A stretch of DNA of 64,000 nucleotides from Squalus acanthias (Eukaryota): contig CM059432.1 in the NCBI GenBank assembly GCA_030390025.1, forward strand, positions 137,456,001 through 137,520,000, in the 5' to 3' direction. Of this stretch, positions 1 to 13,329 are shown piece after piece. The notes below the pieces were generated by a model that worked only from the letters and a program-made list of their open reading frames with translations, was not told the DNA's origin and searched no databases. Made by a program: the position numbers and the translations under genes. Within the stretch, counting starts at the first letter, position 1. Each line of letters starts with the position of its first letter.

Positions 1-207
1 TGCAAGGCATTCTAAATGGCTACAGCAACTGCCTTTCTTGTGTTTATACTGAGATTGTTCATATCTATAGATGTAATTGTATTTATTTTGGTCCTTACTC
101 CATCGTCCTTTGAGACAGACGATTGCCATATAATTATTAGTTATATATATATATTATATATATCTACAGTGGGTGAGAAAAACGTTTACTTTTACTTTTT
201 CTTCTAG

Positions 208-320
208 GAACCAATCAAAAAGCATTTACTCCAGTCTCTCTGGCCAGCACTTTTTCAAACTTCTTGCTCCAACAATGTGCACCTCAATCTTCTTTGGAAC
301 AGCGTAACCTTTTACTCACT
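208..320 (+). other. Candidate exon of an unidentified upstream transcript
   Basis: Pyrimidine-rich acceptor ttttactttttcttctag|G and donor ACT|GTGAGT; 113 nt; two frames open (EPIKKHLLQSLWPALFQ... or TNQKAFTPVSLASTFSNF...). Product not recognised. Confidence 0.4.
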
Positions 321-870
321 GTGAGTAATGCCACGGAGATCTGCGAATATATCCCATTCCACCTATCCATCCCGCTATCCATCCATCTACCTGTCGCTCT
401 ATCCATCTGTCTAGTGTTTGCTTCTGTCACAATTCAGACATCATATAATTTTAAAGGCGCATTTACTGACCATTGGTTGAAATGTTGTTGTATTCGTAAA
501 ACAGCAACAAATCAGAACAGAGGAGGGAGGGGGACAGAGAAAAGTGGCTGGAAAATATGACCAAGTACTCGGGACATATTGAAGTACCAAGTCCAGTCAG
601 CAAGATACATCAATCAATCAAAGGAAAAGGATGAACCAAGCAGATTGCTCGGGGCGGGGGCGGGGGCACAATTGGAAAAACCCTTTAGTTGCCAACTTGG
701 GTTTCCCACTGAGCTGAGATTTAGACACAAAAGAAGAAAAGTTGAGGACAGATGAATTGCATTTAAATGTGTGTAACTAAACATTTAAACAAATACAAGT
801 AAATGATTCAAATGACCTATACAATAGCATTTTCTGTTAGAAAGACCTCTCTCTCTATGTTTTCCATCAG

Positions 871-916
871 AAGTCTATGTGAGGACCCTGAGCATTCAGT
901 TCACGCAGGGCAATAG
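871..916 (+). other. Candidate terminal exon following 208-320
   Basis: Acceptor ctctctctctatgttttccatcag|A. Spliced to 208-320, it stops at 882 (KSM*) or 916 (...SLCEDPEHSVHAGQ*) depending on frame. Confidence 0.3.
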
Positions 917-1137
917 CTGAGCCTGCTAGCATGAAGGATTCAAACTAGCAGGTTACAGTCATTCCCAGTAGACACTTGTGAGTACAACTTGGTTTTTATG
1001 ATGGACAAGTTTGTCCATTCACAGTGGGTGCTGGAACTTGATGCAAGCCCTTCCCCCCCCCCCCCTCCAATGAAAATTTGTATTTTCTTTAATGAAATAT
1101 CAGGACAATGTAAAGCATGAGCTAGTTTTTTTATTTA

Positions 1138-1335
1138 ATTGTTCATTCATGGGATGTGGGCGTCGCTGGCAAGGCCAGCAATTATTGCCCATCCCTAGTT
1201 GCCCTTGAGAAGGTGGTGGTGGTGAGCCACCTTCTTGAACCGCTGCAGTCCATGTGGTGAAGGTACTCCCACAGTGCTGTTAGGGAGGGAGTTCCAGAAC
1301 TTTGACCCAGCGACGATGAAGGTACAGCGATATAT
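1138..1335 (-). mobile_element. 3' end of CR1/L2-group LINE (family also at 25085, 47945, 55580)
   Basis: Near-identical to 25085-25280 (ttcatgggatgtgggcgtcgctggcaaggccagc...). Confidence 0.8.
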
Positions 1336-1923
1336 AATGGTATACATTGGGGCGGTCAAACTGTACGCTATTCTATTACAATTTGCAGCATAGTTGAAAC
1401 ACTGTTCGCCAGAATATGTCTTTGGTACATGAGGTATAAATCTAGAATCTTGTATACAATGTAATCTACTTTAATTTCCTTTGTAAGTGACTGAGAAGTG
1501 TGCTCTGTTTTTAAACGAGCAATATGTTCCGACGGACAGAACGACCTGTAGTGACTCTGCTTCTGTGATCTGCATGTGGACTGCAGTCTGCCAACTACCT
1601 ATCCTAGGAGACTAATGCAGATGTAAACCCATCTGCTCTGCTGCTCTAGGCTACGATTTGGTGGGAGGAGAGGGGAGGCGGGGTGGGTATGGAATGGAAA
1701 TCTGAAAGCAATATACAGCAGGGGTCTCGGTTATCGGGTGAAGGGTCATTGTCCAAATTTGAAATGGTAAGCTCAACTTGTCCTCATTATCGTTCACATG
1801 CTGACCTGCTATGTATTTCCATCACTTTATCTTGTTCATTTTCATAAAAATGTTTCTGTTGTACAACGGTGTTGATTTTTAAAAAAAACTTGTGATTATT
1901 CTCTCAAAGATGTACACTTTACT

Positions 1924-2575
1924 ACAACAACAACAACTTGTATTTATATAGCGCCTTTAACATAGTAAAACGTCCCAAGGCGCTGCACAGGAGTATTTTA
2001 AGACAAAAAATTTGACACCGATCCACATAAGAATAAATTAGGGCAGGTGACCAAAAGCTTGGTCAAAGAGGTTGGTTTTAAGGAGCTTCTTAAAGGAGGA
2101 AAGAGAGGTAGCGAATTCCAGAGCTTGGGGCCTAGGCAACAGAAGGCACAGCCACCAAAAGTTGAGCGATTATAATCAGGGATCCTCAAGAGGGCAGAAT
2201 TCGAGCAGCGCAGATATTTCTGGGGGGTTGTGGGGCTGAAGGAGATTAGAGATAGGGAGGAGCGAGGCCATGGAGGGATTTGAAAACCAGGATGAGAATT
2301 TTGAAATCGAGGCGCTGCTTAACCGGGAGCCAATGTAGGTCAGCGAGCACAGGGGTGATGGGTGAACGGGACTTGGTGCGAGTTAGGACACGGGCAGCTG
2401 AATTTTGGATGACCTCAAGTTTACGTAAGGTGGAATGTGGGAGGCCAGCCAGGAGTGCGTTGGAATAGTCAAGACTAGAGGTAACAAAGGCATGGATGAG
2501 GGTTTCAGCAGCGGATGAGCTGAGGCAAGGGCGGAGACGGGCGATGTTACGGAGGTGGAAGTAGGCGGTCTTTGT
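1924..2575 (-). mobile_element. L2 LINE 3' fragment
   Basis: Minus-strand peptide ...GGCAFCCLGPKLWNSLP; (caa)n tail; near-identical copy at 16610-17365. Confidence 0.85.
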
Positions 2576-3317
2576 TGTGCTGATATTTGGTCGATTCTAC
2601 TTACAAAATCATATTTTAAAAATTGCCTCCTGCAAGATAATACATATTGGGCATTTTTGTTTGTGGATAAAACTTTTATTTAAAAAGCAATATGTGAGAA
2701 AGAAAAACGTGGATCTTAAGAGACAGGCTTCCAACGTCGACTTTGTGGAAGGGTTTATTTCTTTAGCAGCCCTGATTCTGAGCTCCTTGGAGCTGATTTC
2801 CACACTCACAGGCCAAGTGTCAATATTCTTTGGCAGAACCGGGAGTTTGGTAGAACCAGGAGTTTTTTAAAACAGCACTGATTGGGTTCCTTCATGGTTT
2901 AAACTTTGCTGATGAACCATTATGGTGACAGCTTCCAATCAGCCCATCCTGTTGAGTTTAATTGTTGCCTTTACAGTGCCTGCTGTGCAGCTGCTTTGCC
3001 TGACCTGACCGCTATTTAGTATGAGTCTAATGTCATTTTTTTTTTTAACACAGATCCCAGTCATGTATCGTCCAAAACAAAACTGCAGCATAGAGGCTGC
3101 TATTTTGTCACTGCATCCAGGACAGCTAATGCTTTGTCCAATGACTGTTGTTAATTGATTAAAAAGTTTGGTTATAGTGACGTACACGCTAGTTGTTGAA
3201 TGAATGAATGAATACAGATGGAGCAATTTTTTCATGAACCGTGAGAAGGCATTTTTAATGCCGATAATGTATATGTGTAGACTTTAGTGTTGGACTTTTC
3301 AGTTTAGTATTTTTTTG

Positions 3318-3585
3318 GTCTCTTGCGCGTCCTCGATTTCCATCGCCCCACCATTGGCGGCCATGCCTTCAGCTGCCGAGGTCCAAAACTCTGGAATTTC
3401 CTCCCTAAACCCTCCGCCTCTCTCTCTCCTCCTTTTAAGACGCTCCTTAAAACCTACCTCTTTGACCAAGCTTTTGGCCATCTGCCCTAATATCTCTGTG
3501 GCTCGGTGTCAAATTTTGTTTCCTATGAAGCGCCTTGGGACATTCTTATTACATTAAAGGTGCTCTATAAATGCAAGTTGTTTGT
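3318..3585 (+). mobile_element. L2 LINE 3' end
   Basis: Matches L2 tail ctccttaaaacctacctctttgaccaagc...tataaatgcaagttg. Confidence 0.8.
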
Positions 3586-4411
3586 TTAATCTAAATCTTT
3601 GGAGAAAAAGCTCAAATATTTTTCTTAATGTAACCTAATCTACAAAAGTAATGCTGTGGGGGTGGGAGATAGAAGGGAAGTGGGATCTTTGGTCAGTATT
3701 GTCTTTTATTTGTAACCCAAAGATAAAAGGTATTGCGAAGTTCAGAATATTTGGTACTATAGCTGACATTCTGCAAGATTGCTTTGACAGCATGCTGCGA
3801 GGGACCCTTTTTTGTCGGGACACTGTCTTGTGAAAGACTGTTTTTGTTAACCTTGTGTGGAGAAAGGATGTTAACCCTGTGTAGAGGAAGAGGTGTATAT
3901 CCACCAAGGTGATGTTGCACACAAGTAGCACAATGATGTGATCTACTATTTGCTTACAGATAAGGTTTGCCCACAGTTATTTTTTTCAAGAAGGTCATGC
4001 TTCTTTGAATAGTGAATCACATTTTCTTATCTCTTCTCCTGGCCAGATGACTTCATCCTGGTTCTAATCTGGTTGATCTCCTGTTCTGAAACCTTTTATT
4101 AACTACTCCGGAACATCTATGTTTGTACTTAAGGGCCCCATAATAGGCCATCACAAACTGAATGACCTATCCTTGTGTTTATTTAGCGTGCCTCTAATTC
4201 ATATTGTATGCTGTATTACATATGTAGGGAAACAATGAGAGATGTATGTGGGGCACTCCTCACAGCCTGAGTATAATAGCTAGTTCAAAGCTTATTCAGA
4301 TTTCAAAGGCAAAAGATGAGTGCATTTATTGAAGCTGTAATTAGAGCAAAACACTTGCAGCATTTACATCTGCAAATTAGCTACAAATTTCGAGAAGTTG
4401 TAATGTGATTT

Positions 4412-4752
4412 CTGTAATCTCCTCCAGCCCCACAACCCTCCGAGATCTCTGCACTCCCCTAATTCTGGCCTCTTGAGCATCCCTGCTATTCATCGCTCCA
4501 CCATTGGTGGCCGTGCCTTCAGCTGCTGAGGTCCTAAGCTCTGGAATTTCCTCCCTAAACCTCTCCGCCTCTTCGCCTCTCCACCTCTCTCTCCTCCTTT
4601 TAAGACGCTACTTAAAACCTACCTCTTTGACCAAGCTTTTGGTCATCTGCCCTAATATTGCCTTATATGGCTCGCTGTCAAATTTTGTTTGATAATCACT
4701 GCTGTGAAGTGCCTTGGGACTTTTTTACGACATTAAAGGTGCTAGTTGTTGC
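4412..4752 (+). mobile_element. L2 LINE 3' end
   Basis: Same L2 tail sequence as other copies. Confidence 0.8.
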
Positions 4753-4961
4753 TGTTCAAAACTTTCTTGTGGGGTGGGGCTGCATATCTCCAAAATGCAC
4801 TTTAATCCTGGTGACAAAGCTTTGCCAGGTTTTACTTTTCTCTCTCTCATTGTCTGAGAACCACTATTCTGTCCCTTTTATCACAAAGAAGAAGTTGCAT
4901 TTAAAACTGATAATTATTAATTCAAAATTCAAAATGCTTTATAATTACAAACATACAACAC

Positions 4962-5450
4962 AAAAGCAAAATACTGCAGATGCTGGAAATCTGAACTAAA
5001 AGCAGAAAATGCTTAAACACTCAGCAGGTCAGGTCTGTGGAGAGAGAAACAGAGTTAGTGTTTCAGGTCGATGGCCTTTCGTCAGAACTGGAAAAAGTTA
5101 GAGATGTAACAGGTTTTAAGCAAGTACACAGGCAGGGAAAGTGGGGAGGAAAGAACAAAAGGGGAAGGTCTGTGATAGGGTGGAAGGCAGGAGAGATTAA
5201 ATGGCAAAAGGGGTGATGGTGCGAGGCAAAAGGAGATGGTAATGAGACAAGTAAAGAAACAAAAGATGGGCCTAGAGGAGGGCTAAATGGGAATAGCAGA
5301 ATCATCAGCAACAGCTGCCATCCGAAAAAATGGGGGCAGAGGTTATGGTCTGAAATTGTTGAACTCGATGTTGAGTCCGAAAAGCTGTAAAGTGCCTAAT
5401 CGAAAGATGAGGTGCTGTTCCTCGAGCTTGCGTTGAGCTTCATTTCGGAT
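4962..5450 (-). mobile_element. Penelope-like element 3' fragment (GIY-YIG C-terminus, 3' region, hammerhead motif)
   Basis: Minus-strand peptide RKLEEQHLIFRLGTLQLFGLNIEF is typical of the PLE endonuclease C-terminus; CTGACGA...GAAAC motif at 5053-5089. Confidence 0.8.
5053..5089 (-). ncRNA. Minimal hammerhead ribozyme motif, cleavage triplet degenerate
   Basis: Minus strand AGTT-CTGACGA-A-AGGCC-ATC-GACCT-GAAAC-ACT-AACT: core boxes intact, stem I AGTT/AACT, ACU in place of GUU. Confidence 0.6.
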
Positions 5451-6252
5451 GAGACGGAGAGAAATGTAAAACAGTTTATCTTCTGAAATGAGCCTAGCTA
5501 TACTCACTCCCCAGAAATAAAACTTAGCAGCTACTGCCTCCATCTCCTATAACTGATTTCCACCCCCACCTCCTGTGTGCGTGCGCGTTGCGCGTGCGTT
5601 GCGTGTTGCTATGGGGATTGCAATGTGATTTGTCTTTTTAAATCCTCGCTGACCCTTCATTTTTATTTTGTGCCATATTTCTGCATAGTTGGCTAGTATA
5701 TCCTATCATTAGCTCAAAAGGAAAAGAGGACCCCTGTCAATTCGGAACCTGCAGTGCTTCTCGCCATGTTCGGATGATTTATATTGGCCTTCGGAGGCTC
5801 GTTAATGATGTGAGTTGTACCCTGACCTAACTCCTCTCTTGTCCTGCGATGGCACATACTCACTGAGAACTAGAACACTGCATTACAGCTGGCCCCCTCT
5901 GTTTTCAATGTATTGATATAGCGCCAATAAAAGTTTCGCACCATCCCTCTGAATTTTACACCACACCCAACCACTCACTGATCATATCTGTACCCGTTCC
6001 TCTGCGCGCCTGTGATCTGCTGCTGCAAAAAAAAGGACTGACATCATGTGATGTGATGCCAACCTACCACCTAGTTGCAATGTTAGCATAATTATGTGCA
6101 AAATAAATCTAAAAATAAGTGGAATCTGGTGCAGTGCAGCAATCTTAAAGGACACAAGCTGTATAACCATGTCAGATTCCCTGATCAGTTAGTTATTCGC
6201 TGACGCATTATCCGTAGCCTCGGTGTAGCTATCACCTTGATGGTTTGGATGT

Positions 6253-6660
6253 AAAGAAAGACTTGCATTCATATAGCGCCTTTCACGACCTCAGCACATC
6301 CCAAAGTGCTTTACAGCCAGTGAAATACTTTTTGAAGTGGAGTCACTGTTGTAATGTAGGGAAACGTGGCAGCCAATTTGCGCACAGCAAGCTCCACAAA
6401 CAGCAATGCCATAAATGACCAGATAATTTGTTTTTAGTGGTGATGGTTGAGGGATACATATTGGCCCAGGACACTGGGGATAACTCCCCTGCTCCTCTTC
6501 AAAATAGTGTCATGGGCTCTTTTACGTCCACCTGAGAGAGCAGACGTCTCATCCGAAAGTCGGCTCCTCCGACAGGGCAGCACTCCCTCAATAGTGTCAG
6601 TCTAGATATTTGTGCTGCAGAGTCTGGAGTGGGTCTTTGAACCCATGACCTTCTGACTGA
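6253..6660 (-). mobile_element. SacSINE1-like DeuSINE
   Basis: Matches full copies at 22027-22483 and 57508-57970 (tRNA-like head, Deu-like core, L2-like tail). Confidence 0.8.
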
Positions 6661-7409
6661 GAATCCCTAAAGGGTCAAACATGAAGTCTACCCACTTGTG
6701 GAAAGTGTGAATTTGGGCATCTCCTATAAACTGCTGGTCTTCGAACTGGAGTTCATGCACGGAATCCTTGGAGGGGACTGGGAGTGTCTACGAGGGGGCT
6801 TCCAAGAGGTCATAGCTTGCTTCAAGAGATGTGTGGGTGCTGAATGACTGGTAACAGCAAGGTATTGGGCAGTTTGAGTTGGAGATATGGCGGGGGGAGG
6901 CGCAGGGAGCATGTGAGAGCGCCGATTCAAGCTCAGAGACTTCAGCGGTAACAACTGCGGCTACACTTCAAAAAGGAATGACTAAGCAGTGCTTTGGGAC
7001 ATCGCGAGCGTGTAAAAGGCACTATCCATGTGCAAGTTATTTTTTTCTTTTAAACTGTATCCCAATTTGTTCCATGCAGGAGCTGTGTTCTATGCATCTT
7101 TAGCTCTAATGTTTCATGTACATTCATATCTATTAGAAACATAGACCGCGATTTTCTGCTTTGAGGTGGTTTGGTGTCGGGAACGTTAGTCGGTGGGTTC
7201 CAGTCCGGCTCCAGCCGGTTTGCTGACACAATTTTACGTTAATTGGGCTGGTTAAGCCCGCCGTGCAGGTTACCTGCCCTGATCACAAGGTGCGGGTCTG
7301 CTGAGCTGCTCTGCTGATGCGTTTGCAGCCGGTGTATTTAAGGGGGCCATTTCACAATTGGATCTCCGGTCGTTTCTGCTGCTCCTGACTGCTGCTGCTG
7401 CTCTCCCTG

Positions 7410-7649
7410 ATGTCGGCAGAGAGGCAAAACGCAGCTCCCCGCTTCAACGAAGAATCCCTCCATGTTCTTGTGGAGGCAGTCCGAGGACGTCGGGAGGTCC
7501 TATGCCCAGGTGATGGGAGAAGGAAACCTCCTCGACAGACAAAGGCAGCCTGGCTGTGAATAGCCGAGGAGGTCAGTGCCAGGTCTGTGTTCAGACACAC
7601 CTGGGTCCAATGCAGGAGAAGGTTCAATGATCTCCTGTGCTCTGGAAAA
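7410..7649 (+). pseudogene. Harbinger-type Myb/SANT (NAIF1/MSANTD-like) DNA-binding-domain exon with in-frame stop
   Basis: MSAERQNAAPRFNEESLHVLVEAVRGRREVLCPGDGRRKPPRQTKAAWL*IAEEVSARSVFRHTWVQCRRRFNDLLCSGK. Has PRF, W..IAEEV and QC..RFNDL motifs; TGA at 7557-7559; GT at 7650; preceded by GC-rich MITE-like sequence from ~7145. Confidence 0.75.
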
Positions 7650-9144
7650 GTGAATATAAAGGCACACTTACCTTAATTCTGCTGTGCCTGTCATCAAATA
7701 GCTATCCAATTAGTCCCACTCCCTCTCTATCCCCATAGCCCTGCAAATGCAATGTCAATTCCCTTTTGAAAGTTACTATTGAATCTGCTTTCACCACCCT
7801 TTGAGGAAGAGCATTCAGATCATAACAACTCGCCGAGTTTAAAAAAAAAATGAGATGTCTGATTCCACCGCACTGGACAATTATAAAACAGGTGCTCTGT
7901 TTTGGTGAGGGGTAAAGCTCTTAAAGAGATAAAGGGAAATTGACAGAGAATATGTCACAATTGGCTCTTTGTTAGCAACCCCTCCCCCGCTCCATTAAAT
8001 ATTAAAACCCTGAGAGGAGTGGAGAGATGCAGTTGGTTAGACCTTTCACATTTGGACCTGGGAATTCTGCACTGATTGGTAATGACATTCAGACAAGGTC
8101 TAGGTGCAGTAGGTGTGGGACTAGCGGGGTGGAGGGGGGAGACAGACAACATACCTGTGCAATGAGGGGGTGCTCCATTTTGAGGTTTGGGCTAAGGCAT
8201 ATTGTTGGGACAAAGTAGAGGGACCTTCACTTTGTATCTAACCATGCTTCTACCTGACCTGAGCGTGCTTGATGCTGCCACTGGACACCTGAACTGGAAA
8301 GAGTTACAGTTCCCAGCACTGAGATCCCTTGCCTTGATGAGCATACAAAAAAAACCACCATTACAGGGAAAAACAAATTCTAGTTTTGTAAAAAAAAAAA
8401 AGTTTTCGTTCACTTGTTTTATGTGCATTTCTATTTTATTAGTGTAGTAGGAATATGAGGCTGTTGGGGGCGGGGGAAGAGGGGGCAAAGTTACTAGAGG
8501 CCGGGAATTTCCTCCGTGCTGCTCCCACTGTGCCAGTGTGACTTTTTGCCGGAAGAAACGGCGTTTACGAGCGTAAAATGAGATGTCCGTCGCACGTCTG
8601 GCAAAGCTGAGAGGAAATTGCAGGACTATGTCTAATGTAACACGTTTCCTACATTACGACAGTGACTATACTTCAAAAAGTACCTCCTTTGGCTGCAGAG
8701 TGCTTTGGGACGTTGTGTAAGGTGCTACAGAAATGCAAGTACTTTCTTTTCTTTTTAATTGTGAAATGGCTCAATTAACCAAATGCAAGTTAAAGCGCAG
8801 GATACTCAACAAATAAAAACTAGGATGACTACGGCAGAATCCAGTTTATGACGAGGCACTCCTACCTTTGCAATGTCTGTTTCCGTACTTTGGGATATTT
8901 TACTTGACAACTGAAATCATCCTTTTGATCCAAGTGTTAAAGAGGTGACTTTGTATTTTTGTTTACCCCAGATGCTTTAGCTTTGTTCCTTTTTTGGGAG
9001 GGAATGGGCTCGTATGGCAACACCAAAAATAAAGGACCTTCTCGTGTTAAGGAAGTGGAATTGAAACCTAAAACAAAAGGAAACAACACGTGTAATAAAT
9101 ATAGCATGTCGCTGTTCTTAATCCAGAGTTTGACTCCTTAATTA

Positions 9145-9403
9145 GTGAGAACCAGAGGGGAGATGAAGAGAAGTTACTTTATGCGGCAAGTTGTTGTGAT
9201 CTGGAATGCACTGACTGAATGGGTGGAAGCAGGTTCAATAGTAGCTTTTTTGAAAGGGAATTGGATAAATACTCCAAAAGGAAAACATTTGCAGGGCTAT
9301 GGGGAAAGGGCAGGGGAGTAGAGCTAATTGGACAGCTCTTTCAAAGAGCTGGCCCAGGCACGGTGGGCTGATTGGTCTCCTTCTGAGTTGTATGATTCTA
9401 TGA
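9145..9403 (+). mobile_element. CR1 LINE 3' end (older subfamily)
   Basis: gatctggaatgcactg...gctctttcaaagagc...tatgattctatgatt tail; related to 36045-36718 and 61640-62130. Confidence 0.75.
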
Positions 9404-10438
9404 TTAATTTTCTCGCTGTACCACATTCTATCTGTGACCTGTTGTAACTATTTTGAAATCGATGTCCGGAAAAGCACAAGAGCTGACTCAGAGCTGACTC
9501 TTCTACCCTTTACCTTCTGCGAAACTCATAGGCCCCTTGCTTGACAACTTCTCCCTCCTTTGATGCTGAGATTGGAATAGTTTCTAAAAAGAAATTCTCG
9601 GGATGGGGGCGTCGCATGCAAGCCAGCATTTATTGGCCATCCCCCTAGTTGCCCAAGTTTTGATACATCGGAGTCGCTTGTTAGGCCACTTCAGAGGGCA
9701 GTTAAGAGTCAGCCACGTTGGTGTGGGACTGGAGTCACATATAGGCCCAAACCGGGTAAGGACGGCAGGTTTCCTTCCCTAAAGGACATTAGTGAACCAG
9801 TTGGGTTTTTGCAACAATCAGACAGCTTCATGGTCACTTTTACTGAGACCATCTTTTTATTAACAGATTTTCTTTAAAGCTGAATTCAAATTCTCAGACT
9901 GCCACGGTGGGATTTGAACTTGCGCTGTCTGGATTACCAGTCCAGTAACCGTCCAGTTACTGCACCGATGATCTTTTGAATTGGAGTTTGAATCTGAATT
10001 TCAATGAATAAAGATTTCCTCTTTTTCCACTGTTGTATAACGTACAGTCATATATTACTTCTGCCTAGGCATGTCAGTGTGGCTGAGTCAGTAGCACTTC
10101 CATCTCAAGTTAGTGGGTCAAGGCACATGTCGATACTTGAGCACATAATCTAAGCTGACACTTCAGCGCTGTGCTAAGGGAATACTGCATAATGAAAGGT
10201 GCCATCTTTCAGTCTTTCATATGAGACGTTAAAACAAGGCCCAGTCTGCTATGTGTTAGGTGGTCGTAAAAGCTCCCATTGCTCTATTCAAAGAAGAGTG
10301 GAGAGTTGGGGTTGACAACTCTGGACCTATTCCTGGGGGTTTTATCACATGACCTCCCATATCAAACTGCCCCACCCCGAGTCAAACAGCCTTTTTTCCT
10401 CAATCTCCAATATTTTTTATAGCCAATAAAATGAAACA

Positions 10439-11690
10439 GTTCTTTGAGGATGTAATGAGCAGGGTGGATAAAGGGGATACAGTAGATGTAGTGTATTTGG
10501 ATTTCCAGAAGGCATTCGATAAGATGCCACATAAAAGGTTACTGCACAAGATAAGAGCGCACGGGGTTGGGGGTTATATTTTGGCATGGGTAGGGGATTG
10601 GCTAACTAACAGAAAACAGAGAGTCGGGATAAATGGGTCATTTTCCAGTTGGCAACCAGTAACTAGTGGGGTGCCACAGGGATCAGTGCTGGGGCTTCAA
10701 CTATTTACAATCTATATTAATGACTTGGATGAAGGGACCGAGTGTACTGTAGCCAAATTTGCTGCTGATACAAAGATAGGTGGGTTAGCAAGTTGTGAGG
10801 AGGACACAAAGAGTCTGCACAGGGATATCGAAAAGTTAAGTGAGTGGGCAAAAATTTGGCAGATGGAGTACAATGTGGGAAAATGTGAGGTTATCCACTT
10901 TGGAAGGAAGAATGAAAAAGCAAATTATTATTTAAATGGAGTGAAACTACAAAATGCAGCGGTAGAAAGGGATCTGGGGGTCCTAGTACATGAAACACAA
11001 AAAGTTAGCATGCAGGTACAGCAAGTAATTAGGAAGGCTAATGGAATGTTGGCCTTTATTGCAAGGGGTATGGAGTATAAAAGTAGGGAAGTTTTGATGC
11101 AACTTTACAGGGCGCTGGTGAGACCGCACCTGGAGTACTGCGTACAGTTGTGGTCTCCATATTTAAGGAAGGATATACTTGCATTGGAGGCAGTACAGAA
11201 GGTGGTTCACTAAGTTGATTCCTGGGATGAAGGGGTTGACATATGACGAAAGGTTGAGCCGGTTGGGCCTATACTCATTGGAGTTTAGAAGAATGAGAGG
11301 TGATCTTATTGAAACATATAAGATCTGAGGGGGATTGACAGGGTAGATGCTGAGAGGATGTTTCCCCTAGTGGGGGAATCTAGAACTAGGGGGCATAGTT
11401 TCAGAATAAGGGGTCGCCCATTTAAGATGGAGATGAGAAGGAATTTCTTCTGAGGGTCGTGAATCTTTGGAATTCTCTACCCCGGAGAGCTGTGGAGGCG
11501 GAGTCACTGAATATATTCAAGGCGGAGATTGACAGACATTTGAACTACAAGGGAGTCAAGGGGTATGGGGAGAGAGCAGGAAAGTGGTGTTGAGGACAAG
11601 ATTGGATCAGCCATGATCTTATTGAATGGCGGAGCAGGCTCGAGGGGCCGATTGGCCTACTCCTGCTCCTGTTTCTTATCATCTTATATT
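10439..11690 (+). mobile_element. 5'-truncated CR1 LINE (RT C-terminal half, frameshifted), abutting a hAT-MITE remnant at 10308-10438
   Basis: ORF 10431-11213 has LDFQKAFD, GVPQGSVLG, YINDL, FAADTK (catalytic DD altered) and RPHLEYCVQ; CR1 3' UTR follows. Confidence 0.9.
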
Positions 11691-11872
11691 CTTGTGTTGG
11701 CAGCATGCTAGGCATTTATTGCTTGCTGTATTTAAGGAGCCACAGGGCAAATACACTGTTATGGTAACACTGTTAAGAGTGGTGAAGCATAGGCATTCCT
11801 GTGCAGTTATAAAGCGCATGAACGATTGCTAGACTGATGTGTATTCCCCCGCTGATGCTCCATCAGTTTAAC

Positions 11873-12280
11873 AGAAAGAAAGACATTTTTACAGCGCCTC
11901 TCTCAAACTCAGGACATCCCAAAGCACTTTACAGCCAATGAAGCACTTTTTGAAGTGTAGTCACTGTTGTAATGTAGGAAATGCAGCAGCCAATTTGCGC
12001 ACAGCAAGCTCCCACTAACAGCAATCTGATCGTGACCAGATCATCTGTTTTTTAGTGATGTTGATTGAGGCCAGGACACTGGGGAGAAATCCCCTGCTCC
12101 TCTTCTAAATAGTGCCATGGGATCTTTTACGTCCACCTGAGAGGGCAGACGGCACTTCCGACAGTGCAGCACTCCCTCAGCACTGCACTGGGGTGTCAAG
12201 CCTAGGTATTGGTGCTCCAGTCTCTGGAATGGAACTTGTACCCACAACCTTCTGACTCCGAGGCGAGAGTGCTACCCATT
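11873..12280 (-). mobile_element. SacSINE1-like SINE
   Basis: Reverse complement of the SINE consensus seen at 22027-22483. Confidence 0.8.
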
Positions 12281-13329
12281 GTTGTAGTGAAGTTCTGTTA
12301 ACGTGGCATTGTAAGGCATCATTTGTGACCAGTACTAATCTTGGCACCCTTCCAAAGACCAGCAGATTTCTTCCTCACCTGCTCCCAGGTTTAGGGCACA
12401 GGAGAGACCATACTTGCCCTTTTAGTGGCTTCTATCCAGGCTGCACAAGCCTTCACTGAGAGGTGCATTCCACTCCAAAAAGAGTGACCCTTCCTTGCCG
12501 AACACTCATGCAACAATACCTTCAAAGCTGCTTTATAACTGTGCTGTTCAATAAAGCGTGTCCTTGTTGCTGCCATTTCCCCTCATCTTGGGTGTCGGGA
12601 CAGCTCTACGGGCAACCGCTTAAGAATTGGATAATCTGCCCTTTGACCGTGGTGCGTTCCGAGCATGTTCTGTGCTGTAATGATAATTACTCTATGCGCT
12701 AATGCCCACTCTCTGAACCGAAGATCTGCCGTTCCAAAGGAGCAAGCGATTTGGTGCCACTGCACTGTGACTGAATTACCGGCACATTCAACTCCTCAAA
12801 ATGGCACACGTTCCCGACTGCGTGTGAGGCGCATGTATCCATCACTCCGATCCTCCCCAAGCTCCACTGCCTTCTTGTCTCTTGAGAATTGATTTTAAGA
12901 TTCTTGTCCTTGCCTTCAGTGGCCTCGCCCCTCGCTAGCTGCCAACCAGCCCCTGTGATCCTCCAACACAGGACATACTTGTCGTTCTCTGCTCCACCAT
13001 CGATGGCCACTTTTTCAACCTCTATCTGAAACTCACTCCTGTAGCGTCACTGCCTGACCTCTCCCTGCCTTTTAAAAACTTCAAGACTTTTCTTTTTGAC
13101 TCTGTTTTTACCCCATCCTTCCCCTCTTCCCCTCCTCCCTCCTGCTATTCCACCATCCTGTTAAGTGTTTTGAGACTTACTTCTTTACATAATCAGCATT
13201 ATATTTTGTTTGTATTTATTCTTTAGTGGACTTTAGTTGAGAGAATAGATCTGGATTTGGTTTGTGTGGACCATAAACACTGGTATAGATAGACCAGTTG
13301 GGCCGAATGGCCTGTTTCTGTGGCTGTAG

